A stretch of 51,196 nt of DNA from Peribolospora baueri. Its lineage: Eukaryota. Positions 11,941 through 24,778 of this stretch are shown here, piece after piece. Location of the stretch: contig JAMDHS010000070.1 in NCBI GenBank assembly GCA_029717555.1, positions 62,001 to 113,196 on the forward strand, given 5' to 3'. The position numbers and the translations under genes were made by a program. Numbering within the stretch: the stretch's first letter is position 1; every line of letters begins with the position of its first letter. Below the pieces are notes generated by a model. That model was not told where the DNA came from, did not search any database, and saw only the letters and a list, made by a program, of their open reading frames with translations.

Positions 11941-12583
11941 CTGCCACTTTGTCGAGGGTGGGCTGCCACGCTTCCTCCCTCGCCCCGTCGCCGCAGCCGT
12001 ACGCAGGCCGGACTGACGGCGAGAGTAGACAGGACACATCGAAGAAGTACGCTTCGACCGAAAGCCGCCGCCGACGACGACGACGAAGAAGAAGAGGAAC
12101 AAAACAAACAAGGCGCTCCCATACTTGATAAACAGCACGGGAACGTCAACTTTCGATGTTCTTGCCTCCACCCGGTCGGTGCAAGCTCGTCCAGACGGTA
12201 CACGTTGCAGTCATTCGTTGCGGGGGCACGACGGCCGGCCAAGGCTCACCCGAAAATAGAGAGCGACTTCTCAGGAACGAACGCACACGTCTCGGACCTA
12301 CTCTTTCCGTCCTTCGACCATTCCGTCCCAAGTGTAGTCGAGGTCCGGAAAGGAAATGGGCAAATGGAAAATGTCACGAGCGCCATCCCTCCGTTAGCTA
12401 TGGCGCGCCTGGACGGGCGCTGCCCGGAGTCGCGCAATCGCGACTCGGATGACTTCGTCTCAGCCGGTTTAGGAAGCTCACTTCCCTCCCCCGTTAAATC
12501 TGCCTCTTTCTCCTCCTCCTCTCACTTTCCTTTCTCTTCCCTTTCTCCTCCCTCACGACCTACCCTTCCGGCTCACCGTGGCC

Positions 12584-15500
12584 ATGGCCGTCCCTACTCG
12601 CCTAGTCGCCGGCCGCCCTAAGCGTGACGACCAAGTTGCTCCTCCTCTTCTAGATGACGCTGACCGACGCCGGCCATCTGCATCGCGGCACGCCAGGTCC
12701 ACGGGCTCTCTCAAACGAGCTCACCAGCTTGCCGTCAGCGATCAAGTTTTGTCTCGCCCCTTGCCGCCAGTGCCTTCTCCCTCTCCTCCGCACCCCACAG
12801 CATCCGCTCTTCGCCAACGCTCAAGATCGACTTCCTCCGCTATATCGCTTGCGGGCGTATCGTGTCCGCCGTTTTTGCCCACCACACCTTCTGGAAAAGG
12901 GGTCTGCTCTGCCACGAATGATATGCCAGCACTCGCTCAGCCCTCCACTGGCCAGCTGTCCGCTCAACCCGCTCAGCTTCACACTTCCCCGCAGTTCTTC
13001 GACCCAGCCAGTACTCCCAAGGCACAAACACTCCCTGACCCTACCGACACTCATAGTACAAGCAGCAGATTTAAAACTTGGGGGAGATGGTTCGGCAAGC
13101 ACAAAGGCCGTTTCGATGCTGGAGAGATGGTAAGTCGCCTTTGCTCACTTCTTTGACGCCTGGACGTGTTGTGAAGGACCGAATCCTTCCTCGCGGAACC
13201 TCGTTTGACGGGCCTCGTCTTTCTTGTGTGATCCGGCACGCAGCCCTTCAGCGCTCACCTCAAAATAGCTCAAGATGCCTTGAGCCCGGCGAAATCATCT
13301 GACCCCCCTGCCCGCCCGCTCCAAGGAGAGAGCGGCGGTCAGCACCCCATGTCGGCCGTCTATGTCGCTCCAGACGGTGGATTCGAATCAGACGGAGACG
13401 AGGCTAGGCGCGGTCGCGCGCGCTCCCGCTCGTTTTCTCTCGGCGTCGCCAACCTCCGGCGTTCTATCCTGCGTCCTCGAAGCGGATCTGTCCCCAGAGA
13501 ACGTGATGTAGCCTCTGCCGACGCTCGAAAGCAACAACCAACGGACGCCATCCAAGAGGCAGGGAGTTGTGCGACTCTCCAAAAGTCGGGGTCCTTGAAA
13601 AAACACCATCACCGACGGAGCAGAAGCGCCACCCACTGGGCTGGCGTTCCCAGGATCTCTGCGCCTTTCCAGGTTTCCGAGGATGCACCACCTTTGCCGC
13701 CAAGGCTTGGTCCTATGCTTCCGGTACCGCCGAATCAAGATCCTTTAGTGAGCATTCGCGGTGTGGGTGGAGACAAGAAGCGAGGATGTCTGTGGGGGAA
13801 TGTATGCACCTTACGCGAGTCACGAGGGGGCCGGGTACGGAAGTGTCTACCCGAGTCAGTCTCATTGCAGAGGTCCTAGGAAGCAAGGCTTATTTTTTCC
13901 TTTGTTGTAACAGGCAGGGCCGTCCTCTAGCGCGCGACCAGAGGAAGCGCAAGTCTCTTTCCCTATTCTCGAGCCGCACCCAGGTCCGTCGACGTCTACA
14001 GGAAACCGAAACACTCGTGAATCCGCTGTTGCGAGAGAGTTCCCCCGTTCCAGCTCTCTTTCCAACGTGTTCCATCATCCGCGAGCTAAATCTGACTCAA
14101 GTCGCGCCAATCAGGGACCCGATGGTGCTTTTGTTCCCAGCTGGCAGTCTCGTCGGGGAGACCAAGACGAACGGCCTTTGGACCTGCTCCCGCGTCCCGC
14201 CGAAAGACAAAGAGACAAGGGGAAAGGCAAAGCCGACGGCCCTTCTTCGGCCGCTGCGACGCCAACAAAGCAAGATCGCCGCCGTCTGCGTCCGGATTCC
14301 CCAGCGCGTACTCCGGGCACGCACGTTACCCCTCCCCAAGGCGACGGCGAATCGCGCGAAACCTTCCTTGAGGGAGTCCGTCGGCTCAGCCGAGTAATTG
14401 AAGCTGGTGCCATCATCCGCGAGGCTGAGGAGCGTGTCTCGCGCTTTCACTCGAGGGCCCCTTCGCCCGTCTCGGGTCCTCAGGGCGACACCATCCCCAT
14501 CGGTAGAGGCGCGCCGATGGGAGAGCGTCTTGTCCCAGCTGCGCCGTTCCCTTTCAATGCCAGCCAGCATTCTTCCTACTCGCACTCGCGCAGAGCTTCT
14601 CACACCAGCCTGCCTTACCTCTTCGGTTCCCGATCCAACATGGCCGATCATTCCCGACAGGGCAGCTTTGCGGAGAGCTTGGAGCTTGCTGTGCAACAAA
14701 TCGGATCCGAGGCGGAGGAGATCATCTCTCAGCTGGGGCAGCAGGAGGCCGACGGGAGGGAGGCCGAGGGGAGGGGGGCCGAGGCCGAGGTGATCATGCC
14801 GCGCAAGGATAAAGGCAAGGAAAGGGAGAGGACCGACTCACGCCCTTTGCCACCGTTCCCCCTTGCCAATAGAGGGCCGACGTCCCCCTCCACACCGATG
14901 AAGACGGACGTGCAAATCATCCGAGGCTGTAAAGGCCATGGCGGAGTCTGCTCCTGCGCTTACTCCCCGACGAGCCTGGCATCTGCGCCCCTGGAGTCTG
15001 AGACCGTGGCCGCCGAGGTGGCCCAACTAGCTGGCGGGCGCCCTCGGGCATCATCGCTTTCCTCCTCGCCCTCGTATTGGCGCCAGTGGCGTGCGCAGAA
15101 GGGCCAAAACGAGGCAGTGGCATGGCCGCGTTCGCGGTCGAGGAGCCTCACCCAACAGCCCAACTTGAGTCCCCACACGGCCGCACCTTCTCTTGCCGTG
15201 TCACCTACGATTCCTTCCCCCGCTCCCACTCACTCTCCCACCGCCTTCTACTCCGCTACTTCGAGCCCGAGCGCTTACGTCTCTTCTCCCGGAAGCACTT
15301 ACGCAGCGAGGGCTCGAGCCGCCGAGCTAGCTTTGATGCCTTCGAAGGAAGTCAGCTCCGAGTCGGATGTTCCTACCGACCTCAGCGACCAAAACGCCTT
15401 GGAAGGAGGTCTCGCCGTCAATCCGCCGGACCTGCAGAGAGGTGCGAAGGGAAAGCGGAGGGTGGCCTTCGTCCCGAGCACGAGCGACGACGGTCGTGAA

Positions 15501-18014
15501 ATTCCGGCGAGGGATAGGGCGCCTCGCGCGGCTGGCCGAGGGAAGGCTGTCGCTGTGACTGCCGAGGCGTCGGCCATCATTGGTCCTCAAACCGTATGCG
15601 GCCCCATCGGGCTGGCTAGTCAGTTGCGCGCACAAGTGGAAGCGAAGAGGTCCAGAGTCGGTCCTTCCTCTACAGCGCATGCCGAAACGGCTTCGGATAA
15701 TCAGAACACCATCGTTTTCCCCGAGTGTCGATCCATTGCTGCTCGTACAGAGAGCGGGGAAGGAGACAACTGGCGGCACCCTCGCCCAACCAACAGGGAA
15801 GGAGACGACGGTCACCACTCCGCCGACGGCTCGGACGTCCTAACAAACCTCCCCTCTAAGGAGACTCTCCGCCTCTTCCCACGCCCTTCGTTATCCGTAT
15901 CTTCTGCGCACCCCAGCGTCGGCCCGACTAGCACCACGTCGAGTCCCGTCAGCGGGAGCGGCAGCAGCCGTCGTTCAAGCATGTACTCGAACCGCTCCGA
16001 CATGTCGCTCGGCTCGAGCCGGCGTGGCTCGGCGGACCTCGCGGCTCAGGGTCTCCTGCCGATTCAGCTGCCGCCGCCGCAAAGACGGCTCCCACCTGTG
16101 CCGGGCGCGGCCTCGGGTCTGGGTTCAGGTTCCATGCCACCACAAGGCCCACCGCCTCGAGATCCTCTGCCTCCCCTTCCTCAAGAGCGACAGCAATTCA
16201 CTCGAGAAAGCAGAAGCGAAGACAGTCGATCCAGTCATGCAGGGGCTCGTCCGGAAAGCGAAGTGCTGAAGAAAGCGGAAGTGAACCATCTCCGCGGAGG
16301 ATGCGGAGCGGACAAAGCTCCTCACAACGCCAGCGCTTTCATCAAAAGGCTGCCCTCCAAGTTGCCGCTTTTCAGGAACAGGAGCAAGATGATAAAATGC
16401 AGAGCCAAGGAGGGGGCGGTCGTTTTGAACGGTGCTATGATGGACTGCGAGCGCAAGTCTGACCACTCGAGCGTGAAACGCATTCAGAACGACGACAAGG
16501 GAAAGCCGGACGTCATTCCTTCACCACCCTCCGCCACTCCTTTTCGCACCCCATCCGGCACTTCCGTGCACTATACCAGAGGCAAAGGCGTGCCGTCCAA
16601 GTTGCCCTCGCCCTCCCCGTCTCGCCGGCCTTCGAAGCGATTCGTAAGGATCGGCTCTCAGCAATTTGAGTTTGTGCGCTTCGATTCGCATTTCGGTAGC
16701 CGAGACAGGGTCAGGACCGGTGGTGGCGAAAGGGACGTGGTCAGGGCTGGGCTTCAGCGTCTGAGCAGACAGCCGGCGATGGGGTGGCAGCGCGCTCAAT
16801 CACGACGCGCCTCGAGCGGCGGCGGCAGCGGTGGCGTCTTGTGCGAGGACGACGACGACGAGGACGGCGACGACAACGGCGATGACAACGACGACAGGGG
16901 AAAGATCAAGGCGACGACGACGCTGGATATGTATGCGGCGAGCAGTCCCGTCCGGCCTTTGCGGTTGGTTGTGGTGAATGCCAGTGCGGCGGATCGGGAG
17001 GTGTTGGAGGATAGGACGAATTCGAGGAGTCCGAGCCCGGCTCCTGTGGATATCTCTTCTCCACCTGCTCCCAGAGGCGCAAACGTCGGCACCGTGACGG
17101 ATACAACGACGCCGCCCCCACTCCCAGCTCCAGACATGAAGCCACCTCCGCCGGTAGTGATCGTCAGCGCAGAAGGCACGACGAGCAGTCTCAGCGAGAG
17201 CAGCCCGATGGTGGTGGGTGAAGCGGGTCACTCGCGGGCCGACGGGGACAGCCCAGCGTTCGAGTACGACCTGGACGACCTGGACGAGGTCGTCGCCAAC
17301 TCCCCGGACGAGGTCGTCGCCACCTCCCCAGGCAACCGAGCTGCGTCTATTCCTAATCCCGACGTTACGACGACGGCGGCCAAGGAGGACGATCATGGAG
17401 GCGGCCTCGGCGTTGCACTAGGTCTCGCTGCGCCTGGCTTGGCCGGGGCGCACGGTGTGGAATACGTCGCAAAGGAGCTAACTGGATGCGACTCGCTCAC
17501 CTCGTTGAGCATCTTCAGATCCAGCCCACCTCCGGCGCCGTCCATGTCTCCTGTTTTTCGTTCACTACCTCCGGCGGCCCTATCGAGCTCGTCCGAAGAA
17601 GAGGACGAGGAGGCGTGCACGCCGGGCTTGGCGACCGACTCTGCGACGACGACGACTGGGACGACGACGGTGACGACGGCGACGACCGCAACCGATGGGC
17701 CGGCACGCTCGTATACTTCGCCAGCCAACGCTTCCTTCTCCGTTGGCGAACGCCCGAGGTCGATAGTGAGCATGTACCGCTCGCTCAGCGCAGACTCTGC
17801 GGACAACGAGGGTGACGGGAGCTACAGCGGCGGGGAACGGGAGAACAGCGAGGTGGGGCGAAGGGGGGAGTCGATGGCGGCGATGAACAGTGGGGGGCCT
17901 CACTGGGCATGCGAGGGTCAGAAGAGAAAGAAGCTCGAGGAGCTGTATTCGGCGCTCGGATTGAATTTTGGTGTCGGTATCGGTCTGGGTCTGAGTGGGG
18001 AAGGGCATGAGTAG
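12584..18014 (+). CDS. Large Ser/Pro/Arg-rich, probably disordered hypothetical protein (about 1716 aa, 3 exons)
   Basis: Exons 12584-13129, 13244-13747 and 13914-18014 join in frame across GT-AG introns, and the last exon is a stop-free frame of over 4 kb. No domain recognised. Confidence 0.8.
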
Positions 18015-18761
18015 GTGGTATGGGCCCGTTTCTTGAGCTCATTTGCGTGAGCGGGCGATGGAAGCACGAAAGCACGTTGCGCTGAGTGCGGCGCCTCGAC
18101 CGGAGCGCTCCGGCTTCCTTGGAGGAGGACCACCGACCCTCGAGGCCGGCCACACCAAGCCGACGGCACATGTATATTCTTTTTCCACTTGCCCAAGTCG
18201 AATCTCAATAGTTGGAGACAAGGTCTGCGGAGCTCAAGATTATTCCGATCCTCTGGTCCAAGCACTGACAATTCTCACAGCTCAGCGGCATGATCCAAGC
18301 GCTCGCAAGGGGACGGATCTCAAGGGAATGACGGTGCCCTCAGCTTTCCGTTCTTGCCGAGCGAGAACGATCGCCGCAGGATGCGGACGGACGCCTCGCC
18401 CGAGCACCTTCACGGGCCACCGACGAGCCTGGAGAGAAAGAAGAAGTCGAGCAGAGCCAGTGGGGGCGTCCGGCTCCCGAAGGCGCCTGGACGCGCATGA
18501 ATGGCTTGGCGGCCCTCTCTCTCGCTCTCCGATCGTCGATGCCAACCGGGACGCGAGCGCGTCCGGGATGGGGAACACGTCGGTGTCCGCCTCGGTGGGG
18601 ATCCTCATCCCTCTCTGACGGTTGTCATCATTGGGCCGGACCGAGAGCGACGCGATGGAGACACGGGCCACATCAACGGGGAGGACACGGCCAAGGGTAT
18701 CCCGGTCGAAGAGAGACAAAAGATAAAACGCCCCGCCCGTCAAGCGCGCAGCTTGGCGCAC

Positions 18762-19979
18762 TCAACCCTCCAAGCGCACAGCGTTGGCCCCCGTCGCCAT
18801 CCACTTGGGCATCTTGCTGCCCTTCTTCGCCGTCTCCTTCGTCCCACCAGAGCCCTTTTTCCATCCCTTCACCTCCAACGCCTCGTTCATCGCTTTCTCT
18901 CGCTCGGCTGCCTTCGACTCGGCTGCCGGCGCGATGTATTTGTCGTGGAGTTTCCTCTGCCCGTAAAGAATGGATGAAGGGTAGCGGACGGTCAGTGGAG
19001 CAAAGTCGAGAGCAAAACGGCCGAACGCAACCCACCCTCTCGAGCTCGAGTCGTTCGTTCGCTTTCTTGATCTTCTCTCTCCTGGCCTCGCTCTTTCCTC
19101 CCCCGCCCGCGCTCAGCTCGACATTGATCTGGCGACCGCTGAGGAAAGTGTGATGGAAGCGGAGCGCCTTTTGAAGGCTGTTCGGGGAGGAGAATTCGAG
19201 AAAGGCGCAGCCTTTGGAAGTGGGTTTGGCCGGTTTGCCCTTGGTTTTCTTGTCCTTGGCGTCGACGGCGGACGTCTTTTTGGTGAGGAGCCTGATCTTC
19301 GGGGCCTCTCCTGCGAGGTGGGACGAGGGGCCGACCGATCGACGGGAGACGTCGAAGAAGGGGTGAGATCAGTCAAGTGAAGGGGGGGGGTCGAGGGGGC
19401 AGCTCACCGCAGTTTTCAAAATGCTTGAGGATCTTCTCAGTGGTGACATCAAAGGGCATGTTGCCTGTGCGAGGAGAAGGTGACGAGATGAGACGTCTCT
19501 TCCGGTCGCTCGAGAGGAGATCTGGCGCATTCACCTACGAAGACGATATACCGTGTCGTCTGCCCGCCCTCCTTCTCGCCGCCCTTCCGCCGCTTCTTAT
19601 TCCTCCCCGCCGCCGCCGCCGCCTCTGCGTCTTCGTCCCCTTTGGTCGAGCTCTCCTCTGTTCCTCCTCCTTCCCCGGCGTCGTCCCGCTTTGAAGACCG
19701 TTTCCGCTTCTTCTCATTTCCGTCTGCTCGTCCAGCGTTGAGACCGGCGCCCTTGGCCTTGGCCTTGGCCTCCGTCCCCGTCCCCGCCGCCGTCCCTGGT
19801 CCATCATCAACGTCGTCGTCCATCTCCGGCAAATCCCTAATCAAGTCCTCCTCCGCCCTCCTCTTCCCATTCCCATTCCCATAATCCCCATCGCGTTTTC
19901 GCTCGCCGGATCGATGAGCGAGCGCCTTTTGCTGCTTCTTCGTCAACTTTTTGCCAGCGGCGGTGGTGGTGGCGGCGGT

Positions 19980-20021
<42 letters not shown>

Positions 20022-20033
20022 TGTTGGAGGCAT
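18762..20033 (-). CDS. NOP6: Nop6-like nucleolar RRM protein, 4 exons
   Basis: Lys-rich N-terminus; RNP2 RYIVFV|GNMPFDVTTEKILKHF; RNP1 SKGCAFLEF; ALRFHHTFLSGRQINVELSAGGGGKSEARREKIKKANERL; last exon ends WMATGANAVRLEG-stop. Confidence 0.85.
19957..20020. repeat. (GCG/GTG)n trinucleotide tract encoding poly-Ala/Thr
   Basis: Directly visible; encodes the AAAAAAAAAAAATTTAATTTAA stretch at the N-terminus of the Nop6-like protein. Confidence 0.95.
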
Positions 20034-20446
20034 GATGGCGGTATGACGGGGTCAAAACGAAGCAAAGAAAGGGAATACTAAAAGAAGACGGTGAGCCCGT
20101 TGGTCGTGCGCTTCGCTTCCTCGTCGGCTTTAACGAACGAACGGCAGGCGCCTGAAGCAAGCAGACAAGACAAGACGAGACGCTTGTTCAGCTCCTCCCT
20201 TCTGCTGCTCCTGTCGCTCGTCCAAAACGCTGCGGCCGTCGCCTCGCCTCGCCTCGCCTATCGTCGTCAGTCTCTCTAGGCCGCAGTTGGCCTGTATTAA
20301 AGACTTTAAACGGATTAATCAATCAATAAATCTATCACCTACCGCAGTAACTCTACCGCAGTATGCCTTTTTTTCTCATTGCACTCTTGCCTCTCTTTAT
20401 ATTATACTCCCTTTAGGTCGTTCACGACTGGACTGTTAAGCAGATT

Positions 20447-20481
20447 AATCAATCAATCAATCAATGCAATCAATCAATCAA
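20447..20481. repeat. (AATC)n microsatellite in an AT-rich intergenic stretch
   Basis: aatcaatcaatcaatcaatgcaatcaatcaatcaa; a shorter copy of gattaatcaatcaat lies at about 20313-20327. Confidence 0.9.
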
Positions 20482-21465
20482 CGGCGAGGCGATGTACAGT
20501 CAAACTTGTCTATAAGCATACGAGTTGTATAGCGCGAGGGCTCCACACAGAGGGGGTCCATGCATATTTGCCGCAGTCCTTGCCACAGTCGATAGCGTCC
20601 ATCAAGACATGAATTCCAAGCTTTACTATAGAGTATGTACACGCCATAACACAACCATGTTCAAGAAGAAGCGTGGGCAGAAAAGAATTGTCGAAGATCG
20701 GTTTGTTTACGCTGCTTGTTGACATGTTCTTTGAAAGAGATGGTGAAACGCGGACAAGCACCCACTTGTAGTAATGTTAGAACTGACGGTGGATGGACGA
20801 AAGTGGATGTTACTGGTGCGTTATTGTTTCAGCCGCGTAACCACGGTGCTCGTCGCCGCCAATCTCCAACACCCACGAGGATGCACGTGATCCTCAACCC
20901 TAACTATGCATGCCGAGGGGCATACCTGGTTAAGGACGGGCACCGGTGTCAGTGCTATGCAATATGCGGGTATGTTTAGTATGCATATAGACCAGCGCTT
21001 TGGCTGGGGAGCAAACGGGAAAGGGAGATCGCTATGCGCTATGCGAAGGCATTCCTCTGAACCCGTATGCTAACAAATACGTTTGACTGTAGTAGAGAAC
21101 GGAGAGTAGATTGCGTATATCTCGGTTCGGTGGTATGTATCACTTCAGAGAACCAAAGCCGAGCCCGAACGTGCGTACAAACGGACGTACGAACGGACGA
21201 ACGGACGGTCGACATGGATTGCTCGACACAAGAGACCGAACGAAAGAAAGAAAGAAAGAAAGCGGAGGGACGAACAAACGAAAGGACGAGCTCGGGACAT
21301 ATTAAGGAAGGAAGAAACACAAAAAAGAAAAGGTGGGGGGATGGATAAGTTCAGAATAAGTATACGGATGACGAGCGGTCAAAGGAAGATATAAAACCGC
21401 CGTATGTACAGAACGGGGAACAAAAACAAACGAGAAGGGACGACGACATCGACAGAGAACTCTTT

Positions 21466-21706
21466 TCACTCCTCCATTTTGATCGTCGTAAACCCTTCCT
21501 CCAACTGGCCAGCCGCCACCGCCGCCGCGCTTTCTACTACGCCGACGCCCTCGCGGTCCTTGCCTCTCGCAGCCGACGATGTCATTGATCGGTCCTCCCG
21601 CCGACGCCGGTCGCGCTTCTGGCCTCGATCCGCCGCGTCCGCCGCCGGCTGGACGTCCACCATGAGTGCTCCGTTTGTCGTCCGTCGTCCGTCGTCCTCG
21701 TCGTCA

Positions 21707-21744
<38 letters not shown>

Positions 21745-24700
21745 CTCGTCCTCCTCCTCGTCCTCCTCCTCCTCCTCCAAGTCATCGTCTTCCTCTTCCA
21801 AGTCGACAAGCATCATCGTAGAGCTGCCGTCGCCCGCCGTGCCACCCGCTGCCGCTGCCACCGCCGCAGACGCAGCCTCTGAAGACGGAGAAAAGGCAAA
21901 GCCGTTGAGAAAGGCCTTTGTGACGGTCTCCGCGTCGGCCGCGACGCCGCCTGTCACTTCGGTTCCTCGCGATCCCGACCCGGACCCGGACCCGGATCCC
22001 AGCGCCACGCCCACTCGATCGGATCCCTTTCCCTTTCCCTTACCAATCCCACTCCCACCACCGCCCGACTGGCTTCTCAACCTCCTAACCTCTTCGGCAA
22101 GCACACGATTCCTTCCGAGCTGGAGTTCGACAAACTGCTGGAGGTAGCGGATGTAGTCCACGCTCTTGCTCAGGATCACGCCCTTGTTGGGTTTTATCGG
22201 CTGGACGGCCGAAGCCGGGGCCGACGTCGAATCCGGGGCCGATGCCGGGACAGAGGTGGAGGGGAGGGAGAGAGATGGGTCGTCCTCGGTCTTGAGGGCA
22301 GCGTTGCCGGCGGCGGCGCCGGAGGGACTGGAAGACGACGGTGCCTCTGCCTCTGCCTCTGCCTCTGCCTCTGCCTCTGCCTCTTTCCTCTTTCCTCCAG
22401 CTCTCTCCGCGCCGCTACCGCCGTCACCACCGCCGTCACCACCGTCAGAACCAATAACACCAACGTCAGCAAGGAGCGCCTCGGGCAAGAGCGTAGCAAG
22501 CTCAGCGATCTTCTCGTTAATGTTGTCCCTCCGACGGCGCTCGACGGCGTTGTGAGACTCGCGCCTGCGTCGACGTTTTTCGGACAGGAGGGCGGCGCTG
22601 AAGAGGAAGAGGAAAAGGAGAGATATAAACAAAAGGCACGAGCGACGACGACGACCACAGACACGGTTCTTACGACCGGACCCGGGCAACTCACCGCTTC
22701 TCGCTCTCCTCCTCTCCCGTGCCAACCTTGCCGGCCGGTGTCGCGCCGGCCACGGCCTTTCCCGCGATCCCTTGCCCTTGCCCTTGCCTTTGCCCTTGCC
22801 CGCCGCTCCTGGAAGCAGCCTTGGAAGCGGCCTTATTATGCGGGAGAGTGCGACGGCCACCACCGCCATCGACCTCGATCTCGACCGTCCCGCGCTCCGA
22901 CAAGTCTTTCCTCTTCTCCCTGGCGCTCTCTCCAAGTTCTCCCGACACCGGCACGGAAGCGGACATGGAGGCGGAGGCGAAGGGAGGCCGCGAGTCGGAC
23001 ACAGCGCTCCTCTTTCCTTTCGACTTGGACTTGCGCGACGACGACGACGCCCTGCGCGCCTCGTCCGGCTCGGCTTTGTCGACGACTGTCATCGCATGGT
23101 GGTGCGGATGGATGGCGCCCATCTCCATTCCCATTCCCATTCCCATCCCCGCTCCAAATTCGCCGCCGCCTGACACGGACACGGGAACGGCGGGCGGGGC
23201 GCTTGCGACGGTGAAAGACTGCTTTGAGAATCCGAGGGCGAGGTCGTCTGAGAAGAAGGAGGAGGAAGAGGAGGTCGACGCGGCACCGTGGTCGTGGCCG
23301 TGGTGGCCGTGGGAAGAGGACGGGATGGCGATAGCCGACGGCCCTTGTTGCTCTTGTTGTTGCTGCGCGTGTTGAGAAGGGACAAAGTAAGAGCCGAAAG
23401 GGACGGGGCCTCCATGGGACGACGTCGCGGGCGGCGGAGAGGAGGACATGGTGGGAGGCTGAGGGGGAGCGGCGGCGAAGAGGTGGTCGAACGTCATGCC
23501 GTGATGGTCGTCATTCGGATTCGGCTGGGCGCCCTGGTGGTAGGAGTACGGGTGCCACTGAAACGGCGCGTTTTGATCATGCAGGCTCTGCACGTGGTGG
23601 GCCCACCCGGCGTGCCGTCCCTGCACGGGCATGGAGAAGGCCATGGCGGCGCCGTCGAGAGAGGGTCCGACCGTCGTCGGCGGTGCGGCGGCGCCAGCGC
23701 CGGAAAGCGAGAGCGGGAGGCCGTTATGGAAAGGGTGCTGGCCAGGGTGGAAGGGGAGCGGGGCGGCGCCAAAGCTGGAAGCGTGAAGGTCTGCGAAAGC
23801 GCGCGAGCCAAAGGTGGGGACCTGTACGGCGCCGGCAGCGCCTCCTCCGCCGACGCTGGCGACGGAGGAGGCCGCGGAGGAGGAGGAAGGGGACGACGGG
23901 GAAGGGGAAGGGGCGAGGATGGACCCTCTTCTTCCCTGTCCGTACCCGTATCCGAAGCCCTGTAGGCGGGGACTTGCGGCCCTCTGGCCGCCGAAGTTGG
24001 TTCCAGCGCCGCCGCCGCCGCCGCCGCCGCCGCCCCTTTCCTTGCGGACAGACGCCACGGAGCCGCGTCTGGCGGCGGGGGCGGCGGAAGGCGGGGGCCC
24101 GCCTCTGGACGTGCTCCTCTCCGTCCTGATCGGGCCGGGGGAGGAGACGTGGGTGCGGCTCCTGCTCCTCCGTGTGGAGCCAACGCCGGCGGAGACGGGG
24201 GGGGAGTCGAAGCTGGACGGGGCGGCTTGGCCGGCGGAGCCAAAGGGGGAGGAGGAGAGGAAGGGCGAGTCGATGGGGTCGACGCCGCTGCCGGCGGAAG
24301 AGGAGCTGGCGTGGTGATAGTGTTGCTGGACGTGGGGAGGAGGGGCGTGTGGGCTTTGGGACAAGCCGGCAATCGCACCGGGGAAAGGCTGTCCGTCGTG
24401 ATCCATGAGCGAAGCGACGAGGTCGGCGTCAAAGTCCATGGGCTGGACGGGGTCATTGGCGGGTGCGGGGTGGTCGGGGTGGGAATGACCATACTCGTCG
24501 AGAAAGCCGGAGTGGAAGAGGAGGTCGGGTTCGAGGCGGGTGGTGGAGGAGGAAGCGGAAAAGTCGTTAGTATGGTTAAAGTCGTAGGGTTGGGCGGACT
24601 GGGTCTGGAGGGACTGTGGGGTGACGGTGGCGGTGGAGGAGGTGGACTGCCTGGGGGGTGCGTCGAAGCCCTGCTGTTTGACTTTTGGTTCGTTCTGGGC

Positions 24701-24778
24701 GTCGGGAGGGGAGTTGGAGGAGACGCGGCCGGTGGAGGACTCGAATAGGGCGGGGGTGGAAGCGAAGAAGAGGGACAT
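21466..24778 (-). CDS. bHLH(-zipper) transcription factor, Rtg3/MiT-TFE-like (about 1071 aa, 2 coding exons)
   Basis: Exons 24778-22695 and 22597-21466 join in frame. Basic region/helix 1 RRESHNAVERRRRDNINEKIAELATLLP, helix 2 KPNKGVILSKSVDYIRYLQQFVELQ, and an acidic tail. The start codon is the least certain part. Confidence 0.88.
21691..21778. repeat. (TCG/TCC)n tract encoding poly-Asp/Glu
   Basis: Directly visible; encodes the acidic tract of the bHLH protein on the minus strand. Confidence 0.95.
22342..22384. repeat. (TGCCTC)n hexamer repeat encoding (EA)n in the bHLH loop
   Basis: About 7 tandem copies, directly visible. Confidence 0.95.

Noticed and set aside
10870..12580. Several 60-250 aa ORFs in the intergenic region
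   Set aside because: No recognisable motifs or consistent splice structure; such ORFs are expected in GC-rich DNA.
20525..20761. Short ORFs in the low-GC island as transposase fragments
   Set aside because: Only a vague resemblance; no catalytic motif, terminal repeats or target-site duplication could be identified.
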